Assembly: GCA_963845065.1 (NCBI GenBank)
Contig: CAWJQQ010000009.1
Coordinates: forward strand, 928,001-992,000
Source: Nitrospirota bacterium
Lineage (GTDB): Bacteria; Nitrospirota; UBA9217
Direction of reading: 5' to 3'
DNA length: 64,000 nucleotides
A program made the translations under genes and the position numbers. Of the stretch, positions 46,901-55,800 are shown piece after piece. The notes below the pieces were generated by a model, which ran no database searches, had not been told where the DNA came from, and saw nothing but the letters and a program-made list of their open reading frames with translations. How positions within the stretch are numbered: position 1 is the stretch's first letter; each line of letters begins with the position of its first letter.

Positions 46901-49002
46901 TCACTTCAGGAACAGTGACGGTTACCGCGGGCATTGCAAGTTTCGGTACGACCACTCTTGGCGCAGGGACGAATAACATAACGGCAATCTATAGTGGCGA
47001 TACGAATTATTTGACATCTACATCAAATGCCGTGTTGCAGCCCGTGACAAATGCTTCTGTCACGATAAGCGTTACATCATCTTCGCCTACTTCGACATAC
47101 GGCAATTCCGTCACTTTCACGGCAACAGTCGCTGGCAACGGTGCCATACCGACTGGGACAGTCACGTTCAAGGACGGATCTACAAGCCTTGGCAACGGAA
47201 CTCTGTCCGCCGGTTCTCCCGACGTCGCGACATTCGCTACTTCGTCGCTTAGCACAGGAGCCCATTCCATCACGGCGGTGTATAACGGCGATGCGACCTA
47301 CTCTTCGGGACAAACATCATCCGCAATTTCTCAGTCCGTAATAGGCACTACGACAGCGAGCGTCGTTTCATCGTTACCCACGTCGACATACGGGAACTCA
47401 GTAACCTTCACGGCGACGGTAACAGGTACAGGAGGCACACCTGCCGGTACGGTATCGTTCATGGATGGATCCACGCTTCTCGGTACAGGTACGCTGAATG
47501 GCGGCTCACCTGATACAGCCGTATATACCACGACGACAACAGCGCTAAACGCAGGAGTCGGCCAATCCATCACAGCAGTCTATAACGGAAGCACATATTT
47601 CACGACATCAACGTCTCCAGCTATTACTCAGACTGTGAACCAGGCCCCGACAACGATGAGTATAAACGCGCCTTCAGTAGCGTCAGGCGCGCCAGGAAGT
47701 GTTACTGTCACCGTAAGTTCCGGGATACTTCTCCCAACCGGCAACGTGGACCTGAGTGTGGATGGTGGAACACCATCTATCGGGGGATTGACCTCCGGAG
47801 TCGCAACATTCAATGTCGGCATTCTGTCTGTCGGGTCCCATAGCTTAAGTGCAACGTACGCAGCCCAAGGCGATTTTCTTGCAAGTTCGGCTACTGGAAC
47901 ATTGACTGTCGGCCTTGCGTCGTCGACGACTTCGGTCCAATCATCTCTTAACCCGTCAGCATACGGAAATTCAGTTACATTTACTGCAACGGTCACCCCG
48001 TCAACGGCTACCGGAACAGTGATGTTCAAAGATGGTTCTACGACCCTTGGCTCAGGAACAGTGTCCGGCGGTGTAGCGTCATTCAGCACATCGACCCTGG
48101 CTGCTGCTACCCATACAATAACGGCGGTCTACAGTGGGGATACGAATTATGGGACATCAACCTCATCGAATCTCCAACAAGTTGTGACTAAAGCATCGTC
48201 AGCGACGAGTCTCGGATCATCCCCTAATCCATCGACGTATGGCCAATCTGTGGCCTTCACGGCAACAGTCACCCCGTCAACGGCTACCGGAACAGTGACG
48301 TTCAAAGATGGTTCTACGGCCCTTGGCTCAGGAACAGTGTCCGGCGGTATAGCGTCATTCAGCACATCGACTCTGGCTGCCCCTTCCCAAGCAATAACAG
48401 CGGACTATAGCGGGGATACGAATTTTCTCACATCGACGTCAGACGCCCTTTTGCAGACGGTGAATTTAGCAAGCCAGACTATCACATTTAATCCCTTGTC
48501 GAGCATGACTTATGGAAATGCGGCATTCACTCTCACTGCCACGGCGACGAGCAGTCTCCCCGTGTCATACAGTAGCTCCAGTACGGGCGTTGCGACAATA
48601 AACGGCAGCACCGTAACGATCATGGGCGCCGGAACCACGACGATAACGGCATCTCAGTCGGGCAACAGCAACTATTTGGCTGCAGCCAACGTTGCGCAGA
48701 CCCTCACCGTTAATCAGGCTTCGACTACAACAACCGTAACAGGGCCTCTGACCGGCTCTACCAATGGTACATTGACCTTCACTGCGAACGTTACGTATGC
48801 CGGAAGCGGTGCAGCAGCAACTGGTACTGTGTCGTTTATCGATAGCACATTAGGACCCCTTTGCTCGGGCAGTTTGTCCGGCGGCACTGCATCATGCAGC
48901 TACACAATTGGTGCGGGAAATTATTCGATAACGGCGACTTACGGTGGTGATACGAACTATGCGGGTTCAATTTCGCCCGCTTATCCGTTGACATTAAATT
49001 AG
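43954..49002 (+). CDS. Giant Ser/Thr-rich Ig-repeat lipoprotein (3 SbsA/Big_5-like plus many Big_3-like domains), putative adhesin
   Basis: Lipobox-like LLTC; PPSVVSTSP...FSKP...WTFST units; repeated YGNSVTFTATV...GTVTFKDG...HSITAVYSGD. Confidence 0.88.
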   Translation: MKKQPVMLLLLLFSVALVLLTCGREGPLPPVNITPPNIKFSIPIDGTGNTGINGFPIDGSIMITFTVDMDPSTINNQTITVIGAGGIGPIAGSVVYTNGSAIFTPAQNFVQNANYTVTISGSVKDIYEVTMGSPVTINFTTQALPDAAPPSVVSTSPSAGSTGVPVSSGISIAFSKPINSSTLVFQLVSQLSGTVPGGTLTYNGTTAIITPQFSPPAVTMDGNTQYTATVKAGLQDLVGNQLISDYVWTFSTGTGADTLPPIVTAATPTAGSTDVSVTTYLNVTFNKPVNPATAYITLFSMASVTPVIVPFYIEDNYDYTTNILSYKPTVPNSLSYNTPYTARVDGVIDLSGNVMPEYTWSFTTGKDGSSTTISADNNPSQYGSMVTFVSTVTSSDSGTTATPTGTVTFKDGTTALPAGTVALAGNSATYAISNLALGVHIISATYNGDSIFSTSTSTYTQTVGQGTTTTTINAPGVTFGSNGVVTVLVSCVSGTPIGNVALSVDGGAATTQALSNGSAVFTITKPSVGSHTLSATYAAQGNFQGSANTGTLTVGQGATTTTISAPTVTYGANGVVTVTVISTSGTPTGSVSLTWDTTGSSTLALNSSGSATFTITTPNAGSHALSASYAAQGSFLASTASGNLTVNQAPTTMVLSAPSITAGANGIVTVTVSAGNNFTSPVVGNVSLVVDGGAAILGALSPGGTLGSAIATFTITAPTAVSHILSATYPNDPTSNFGSSSASGTLGVGAGATTITISAPTITYGAPGVVTVQLSSLSSGIPTGSVSLSYTFSGATTTLTQTLLNGSTAFTIPSPVVGVYSLVVTYPTQGNFVGSSKSGNLTVTQATTTTGVSSSSNPSAFGNSVTFTATVTPATATGTMTFRDGATVLGTGTISSGVATYSTTTLAVATHSITAVYSGNTNFITSTSSALSQTVNKATTTTTLTSSTGGQSITPGTLVTFTATVNPAAATGTVSFYDNGTLITSGTVTVTAGIASFGTTTLGAGTNNITAIYSGDTNYLTSTSNAVLQPVTNASVTISVTSSSPTSTYGNSVTFTATVAGNGAIPTGTVTFKDGSTSLGNGTLSAGSPDVATFATSSLSTGAHSITAVYNGDATYSSGQTSSAISQSVIGTTTASVVSSLPTSTYGNSVTFTATVTGTGGTPAGTVSFMDGSTLLGTGTLNGGSPDTAVYTTTTTALNAGVGQSITAVYNGSTYFTTSTSPAITQTVNQAPTTMSINAPSVASGAPGSVTVTVSSGILLPTGNVDLSVDGGTPSIGGLTSGVATFNVGILSVGSHSLSATYAAQGDFLASSATGTLTVGLASSTTSVQSSLNPSAYGNSVTFTATVTPSTATGTVMFKDGSTTLGSGTVSGGVASFSTSTLAAATHTITAVYSGDTNYGTSTSSNLQQVVTKASSATSLGSSPNPSTYGQSVAFTATVTPSTATGTVTFKDGSTALGSGTVSGGIASFSTSTLAAPSQAITADYSGDTNFLTSTSDALLQTVNLASQTITFNPLSSMTYGNAAFTLTATATSSLPVSYSSSSTGVATINGSTVTIMGAGTTTITASQSGNSNYLAAANVAQTLTVNQASTTTTVTGPLTGSTNGTLTFTANVTYAGSGAAATGTVSFIDSTLGPLCSGSLSGGTASCSYTIGAGNYSITATYGGDTNYAGSISPAYPLTLN

Positions 49003-49200
49003 GTCGCATATATCTCATATAAAGTCTCGTCTTATTCCATCATGCAGTTCTGCAGTCGTCCTGTAGCATTTCGCTGTTCGGACAACTCCCCGATGGATAA
49101 GACGTTGACGTTCAACTAAAACGTAAGTGCCAGACAAGAAGAGGCGATTCAAATATTACCGATGTTCTTGTCATCACGAAAGGAAATATAGGGAGGAAAT

Positions 49201-50166
49201 ATGGAATCTATACTTGTGACAGGCGGAGCAGGCTTTATCGGAAGCAATATAGCTGAGGCTTTGCTCGCCAAAGGACACCGGGTCGTGATCCTCGATGACC
49301 TCAGCACGGGAAAGATGGAAAACGTTCTCGACATCAAGCAAGAGGATAATCTCAAATTTGTCAAGGGAAGTATCCTGGACAGAGGTCTACTGCGATCGAT
49401 CATAAAGACAGAAAACATATCGCTCATTTCACATCAGGCGGCGGTTTCGAGCGTTACTAAAAGCATCGCAGATCCCGTCGCGACCATGGAAACGAATGTA
49501 GCCGGGACAACGAACCTTTTTCATATCGCGGCTGAATGCGGTTGCAGGCGCATCGTATTTGCAAGCTCATCGGCAGTCTATGGTGACGCACCCGAGCTTC
49601 CAAAACGGGAGACGATGACGCCGTGTCCGAAATCTCCCTATGCGATGTCTAAGGTCGCGAAGGAGATGCTTGGGAGCATTTTCTCAGATCTGTACGGAAT
49701 CTCTATTATCGGTCTGCGGTACTTCAACGTTTATGGAAGACGGCAGGACCCTGCTTCCGATTACGCGGCCGTTATCCCGAAGTTCATATCCAAGGCCCTT
49801 GACGATGAGACGATACCGATCGATGGAGATGGCGGCCAGACGCGCGATTTTATCTATATCGACGACGTGGTAAACGCGAACCTGGCAGCTCTCACTGAAA
49901 ACGGCGTTCGCGGCACGGTATTTAACGTCGGCAACGGCAAACAGACAAGCATTCTCGAGCTGGCCAGGACGATAGTTGAACTCACGGGATCTAAATCCGA
50001 GATCGATTTCAAGCCGAAGAGGGCTGGTGATATCAGAGATTCAGTGAGCGATATTGAGTTCGCACAAAAGAACTTGGGTTACAGAAAAACATTCACTATA
50101 AGGAAAGGGCTTGCGGAAACGATCTCCTGGTACCGCCAGCGCGTCTGTAAAGAATGTGTGGCTTAG
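49201..50166 (+). CDS. NAD-dependent nucleotide-sugar epimerase/dehydratase
   Basis: TGGAGFIG, ASSSAVYG, YAMSK, RYFNVYG, RDFIYIDD. Confidence 0.95.
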   Translation: MESILVTGGAGFIGSNIAEALLAKGHRVVILDDLSTGKMENVLDIKQEDNLKFVKGSILDRGLLRSIIKTENISLISHQAAVSSVTKSIADPVATMETNVAGTTNLFHIAAECGCRRIVFASSSAVYGDAPELPKRETMTPCPKSPYAMSKVAKEMLGSIFSDLYGISIIGLRYFNVYGRRQDPASDYAAVIPKFISKALDDETIPIDGDGGQTRDFIYIDDVVNANLAALTENGVRGTVFNVGNGKQTSILELARTIVELTGSKSEIDFKPKRAGDIRDSVSDIEFAQKNLGYRKTFTIRKGLAETISWYRQRVCKECVA

Positions 50167-52160
50167 CGGGCATATTTAATCTTGAGCGCGAGGGTGAAAT
50201 ACCCTTTGACGCCCTCAAAAGGATGATTGCGATGGTGCGGCACCGCGGCCCCGACGGCTTCGGGTTCTATCGCGACAGACGGATAGGGCTCGCGCACGCA
50301 CGGCTGAGCATCATCGACCTGGAGGGAGGTTGGCAACCGGTCCACAATGAGGACAAGAGCGTCTGGATCGTGTTCAATGGCGAAATCTTCAATTATCTTG
50401 AGCTGCGCCAGGCGCTCGAACAAAAGGGACACCGCTTCTACACGATGTCCGATACAGAGGTCATCGTTCATCTCTACGAAGACCAGGGGCCAGAGTGTCT
50501 GGCATCGTTGAATGGACAGTTCTCCTTTGCCATCTGGGATACGAGGCGGAAGGTGCTCTTTATCGCCCGAGACCGGCTCGGGATACGACCGTTATTCTAT
50601 ACCGTCGTCGACGGATCGCTCCTCTTCGCCTCGGAAGTAAAGTCCCTGTTCGCGGACAGCAGGGTGCCGCGGGCGCTTGACCCATATGCCCTTGACCAGA
50701 CTTTCACCTTCTGGATGACCGTCCCACCGAGGACAGCGTTCCAAAACATAAAGGAACTTCCGGCCGGACACTATCTGAAGATCGAAAGCGGTAAGATCAT
50801 AACTACAAGGTACTGGGATGTGGATTTCGACTTTGATGGAGAGGACAAAACGGAGGAAGTGTATGCCGAGGAACTCCGGGACCTCCTGATCGATTCGACC
50901 CGGTTTCAACTCCGTGCAGATGTCCCTGTGGGGGCGTATCTAAGCGGCGGGATCGATTCTTCCGTGATCACTATGCTGATCAAAAAATTTACTGATACGC
51001 CACTGCGTACATTTTCGGTCACTTTCGACGATGGTGTCTTCGATGAAAGCGAACACCAGAATAAGATGATTGATTACCTGGGCGCGGACCACAGCGCCGT
51101 CCGATGTACCAGTGCCGACATCGGCAGTATTTTCCCCGACGTCATCTGGCATACCGAGACAACAGTCCTCCGGACCGCGGCAGCGCCGATGTATCTCCTC
51201 GCGAAACTAGTCCGAGACAGCGGGTACAAGGTCGTTCTGACCGGCGAAGGTTCGGACGAGATCCTGGCAGGATATGATATATTCAAAGAGGTCAAGGTGC
51301 GGCGGTTCATCGAACGGAACCCCGGATCAAAGTTCAGGTCCCTTATCCTGAAGCGGCTCTATCCCTATCTCGCGAACTCTCCGGTAAAATCGCTGCCCTA
51401 TGCGGAGTCGTTTTTCAAGGCGGATACGAGCGCTTATCCCGTGGAGTTCTATTCGCATATCCCGCGGTGGAACACGACTTCGATGGTCAAGATGTTTTTC
51501 TCCTCAGAGCTGAAGAATACCTTGCAGATGTACGGGTGCGTCGATGACCTGTCGGAATACATTTCCGACGGCATTTTTCGCGCTGACGATATTTCGCGGG
51601 CGCAGTATATTGAGATCAAGACCCTGCTTCCGGGTTATCTCCTGTCGTCCCAGGGGGACCGGGTCGCAATGGCACACTCGATCGAAGGCAGGTACCCCTT
51701 CCTGGATCATCGGGTCGTGGAATTTTGCGCTAAGCTACCTCCCACGATCAAGATGCGCGCACTCACAGAAAAATACATACTAAAAAAGAGCATGCAGGGA
51801 CTGCTTCCTGCTTCCATTCTCAATAGGACAAAGCAGCCCTACATGGCGCCTGACGCGAAGAGCTTCTTCACCGATGGCAGACCCCAGCCTTATATCGATG
51901 AACTTCTTTCGGAAGCGAATCTCAAGGCAAGCGGCTTATTCAATCCAAAGGCTGTCCAGCTTCTAGCCAAAAAATGTAGACAGAGCCCGATGCTCGGGTT
52001 CAGGGACAATATGGCAATTGTGGGGATCGTGTCTACGCTGTTATTGCAGGAACTTTTTATCAAAAAATTTGACGCGAAAAGCGCAGAGCTCAGCGCACTG
52101 GAAATGACATCGAAGGTCATGAGCGATGGGACCACGATGTGTATCACAAATATACAATAG
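50154..52160 (+). CDS. asnB: Asparagine synthetase B-family amidotransferase
   Basis: MCG Ntn-Cys, HRGPD, RLSIID, NGEIFN, LSGGIDS, TGEGSDE, PFLDH. Confidence 0.93.
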   Translation: MCGLAGIFNLEREGEIPFDALKRMIAMVRHRGPDGFGFYRDRRIGLAHARLSIIDLEGGWQPVHNEDKSVWIVFNGEIFNYLELRQALEQKGHRFYTMSDTEVIVHLYEDQGPECLASLNGQFSFAIWDTRRKVLFIARDRLGIRPLFYTVVDGSLLFASEVKSLFADSRVPRALDPYALDQTFTFWMTVPPRTAFQNIKELPAGHYLKIESGKIITTRYWDVDFDFDGEDKTEEVYAEELRDLLIDSTRFQLRADVPVGAYLSGGIDSSVITMLIKKFTDTPLRTFSVTFDDGVFDESEHQNKMIDYLGADHSAVRCTSADIGSIFPDVIWHTETTVLRTAAAPMYLLAKLVRDSGYKVVLTGEGSDEILAGYDIFKEVKVRRFIERNPGSKFRSLILKRLYPYLANSPVKSLPYAESFFKADTSAYPVEFYSHIPRWNTTSMVKMFFSSELKNTLQMYGCVDDLSEYISDGIFRADDISRAQYIEIKTLLPGYLLSSQGDRVAMAHSIEGRYPFLDHRVVEFCAKLPPTIKMRALTEKYILKKSMQGLLPASILNRTKQPYMAPDAKSFFTDGRPQPYIDELLSEANLKASGLFNPKAVQLLAKKCRQSPMLGFRDNMAIVGIVSTLLLQELFIKKFDAKSAELSALEMTSKVMSDGTTMCITNIQ

Positions 52161-52498
52161 TCGTGAGCTGCCACTGTCCCGCCCTGTATCCGTAGGAAAC
52201 AATGTCCTCAATGCCTTCAAAATCAAGCTCATAGACAGTATTACTGTTTCTTCTAGAGTCAATAAGGAGCAATATTTCCCGTACTCCCGCTGTCCTGAGA
52301 GTTGCCTGAACTATGAACGCTCTTTCTCCAATAGCACAACACCATCCTGCCACTAGGTTTCGATGGTGAACAATTTGTTGCAAAGGCAGCAACTGCACTA
52401 ATATTATCAAGCCGTTCACCCCTAGTTCATTTTTCCAATGCTTGTTCCCCTCGCCGTACCTTCTCTTAAAAATGGCAAACGGTACTGCCAATTTACGA

Positions 52499-52513
52499 AG
52501 GTATAATTCTTGC
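52499..52513 (+). promoter_or_regulatory. Possible sigma54 promoter for the dockerin adhesin unit
   Basis: AGGTAT-AATTC-TTGC, GG-N10-GC, in a 720-nt intergenic gap. Confidence 0.4.
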
Positions 52514-52882
52514 TTTATGATTAGGTGTAGGGTAAAAGGCGTACAAATTATTACTCCTGTTCTTTACAAGAAATTGCAAGTGGGGCAAGCACATACTCGT
52601 GTGGTCACCGGTTGAACATCATGAAGAAGTACATCTGCATGTTCATGTCGTCGCGGTGCGGAGCTTCTTTACCGGCAGACGAAACGAAGCGAAATGCACG
52701 GTATTTAGCCCACTGGAGATGACATTGAGGGGCATGAGATGTGGCCAGCGCTATGGAGTGCCAATAAAACGGGGTAGTTTCAGATAGGTTTGACTTCCTA
52801 CGGGATTAATTCATCATAAACAGATCGCCATGATATATCGTTACGAAATAGAACCATACGAAAAGATGAAAGGAGTTTAGAT

Positions 52883-55800
52883 ATGATACGTGAGAGCCGG
52901 ATTATCACGAGATTAATGAGGGGGAAATTGCCGTACCTGACTGCCTGCTTGGCCGTTGTGGGAGCATTGATGCTCGCGGGTACGAGCTTCGGCGCTTGGA
53001 TCGCCGACAGTACCTTTAATCCTACTGTGACTTGCCCTAATACGCCCGATCCCACGGAATGTGTGGAGAAAGTTTTGGAACTACCGAATGGACAAGTCCT
53101 CATAGGCGGATTCATTGGGCAGGTTGGCACTCAGACCGTTACTTTTATTGCGCGTTTGAATGCCAACGGTACTCTTGACACCAGTTTCATGCCTTCTCTT
53201 GATAATTCGGTCGAGTCGATTGTCACAGACTCAACCGGATCAATCATCATAGGAGGACATTTTACGCAGGTGAACGGCACCACGAGGCTCGGCATTGCGC
53301 GTCTGAACGCGAACGGAGCTGTTGACCTGAACTTTAATCCGAGGCTTAATAATTGCGACCCGGCCGAAACGAATACCGCGGCAGTGACCGCACTTGCGCT
53401 TCAAAATGATGGCAATTTGCTAGTAGGAGGCACTTTCAAAAATGTGAACATAACTACCTGCCCGACATATTCACTGGCAACTGGGGTTACCGATACCAGC
53501 CTAAGACCTTTTTTCGTTAGACTGCTAACAGCCGGCACCGGCACAGGCGCTGTTGATACGAACTTTAACCCCAATATGAGCAGCACCGTTACCTCGATCA
53601 CTCCGCTGGATACAGGTTCATACGCTTCCAATAAGCAGATTTTGGTAGGTGGGGTTTTTTACAAAACGAATTGTTCATATTGCGGCTCCGTTAGCAGTTC
53701 AGGAAGTTATACTACGACTACGGCGGACCTCTCTTATGGGCCAACGGTAACCGAGCCAGCCTGTCTTGATAATGATGCGCCGGCAACCTTGGTCGATTAT
53801 GGGCAGTGCCTTTCCAATAACTCATCAAACAACCCTGAAAACTACCCTCCAATCAATACGAAAGATTTCAGCTATATCTTATTCGTAAGCGAGAGCACCG
53901 GAGCGCAGGTCGGGAGCTTCAACTCTCAAAGAATCGTTGGCGAGGATCTCGTCAACTCCGTGGTTTTACAGTCAGACGGAACAGTCGTTGTTGGGGGCAA
54001 TGTAGAAAGTCTGACTTCAGGCCAGCCTTACCTTCAGCGAATGCTATCGGACGGATCCATCGACAGTTCTTGGAATCCGAACGTCAATGGACCTGTAAGT
54101 GCCGTTTTCTCGTCGCCGTCGAACACTCAGCTCATCAGCGGTGGCACTTTTTCCACGGTAAACGGTCTAACGTTCAATAACGTTGCATTGTTTACCTCAC
54201 CCAGCGGCAGTTTGGATCCGACATTTAATCCGAACACGAACGGATTGGTTGAATCCATCTCTTCGTCGCCATCAGGCACTAATATTATCATCGGCGGCGG
54301 TTTTACTCAGGTTGGTACCTTAGCGCGCTCCTATATCGCTCGGCTTTATAATGACGGTAAAACGACGACGTCAACATCGATTCTCGCACCGATATCTACA
54401 TACGGCTCCGGCACCGTGACGGTGACTGTCACCGGGGCCCCAGGGACGCCGACGGGCAGCGTGGGGTTGAGCATCGACAGTGGACCGACAACGTCACTTA
54501 CCCTGAATGGTAGCGGCAGCGCCCTATTCTCAACTGCGACGGTCTCGGCGGGGAACCATTCGTTGGCCGCGACGTACGGAGCGACGTCTACATACGAAAC
54601 AAGTTTTGCTACCGGCTCCCTGACCGTGCTCCCAGCAACACTCTTAGTGACGGCAAACAGCGTAAGCAGACCGTACCTTACTCCTAATCCTGCATTAACC
54701 GAGTCGTACACCGGGTTTGTGAACGGCCAGACCGTATCTTCTGCATTGAGCGGTTCGCCGACTCTGACAACAACGGCACTTTTATCGAGTTTGACAGGGA
54801 CCTATCCCATCATCATAACTGCTGGCACTGGCACTGGCAGCCTTACTGCCGTGAATTACGGATTCAATTTTGTCAATGGCGTGCTAACAATAACTGCTGC
54901 AACGTCATCAATAAGCGTCATATCATCGTCACTCACATCCACATACGGAAGCTCGGTCACCTTTACGGCAATGGTCAACTCCACCGCGACCGGCTCGGTA
55001 ACATTCAAGGACGGAGGGACAACGCTTGGCGTAGGGATAGTGTCCAGCGGCACGGCCACTTACAGCACATCTCTCCTCAGCGCTGGCACGCATACGATAA
55101 CGGCGGTCTACGGCGGTGATACGGACTTTGCGGGATCAACGTCAAGCGCCATTATTCAGACCGTAAACAAGATGTCGACGACATCGAGTGTGATATCTTC
55201 GTCGCCCTCGTCGTCATACGGAAATTCGGTTACATTTACGGCCACGGTTGTTGGCATTGGTGCGACCGGCACAGTAACGTTTAAGGACGGGGTTACCTCC
55301 CTTGGCACGGGGACGCTCACTGCCGGCACGGCCATCTACAGCACATCCCTCCTCAGCGCTGGCACGCATACGATAACGGTGGTATACAGCGGTGATACGA
55401 ACTTTGCAACATCAACATCAATTCCCATTCCTCAGAGCGTAGGTCAACTTACGTCAACAACGATTATTACATCGCCCACCAGTGGTACATCGGCGAACTA
55501 CGGCACTTTAGTGACTTTCACGGCCTCGGTCACGTCAGGCGCAACCGGCACGGTGACATTTTATGATGGCGGATCACCCATTGGAACAGGCACCCTGTTA
55601 AGCGGAATAGCCTCTTTCAGCACGAGTTCTCTGGGCGTTGCGACAAGCCCACACAGTATTACAGCGTCGTATGGCGGTGATACGAACTATAGCGGATCAA
55701 CGACTTCATCGTCTGTTGCCGTGTTGATCTTAAGGACTTCAACGGTAACGGGCATTAGCGACAACAATATCCAGTCGTCAGGCCTCAACCAAAATGTGAC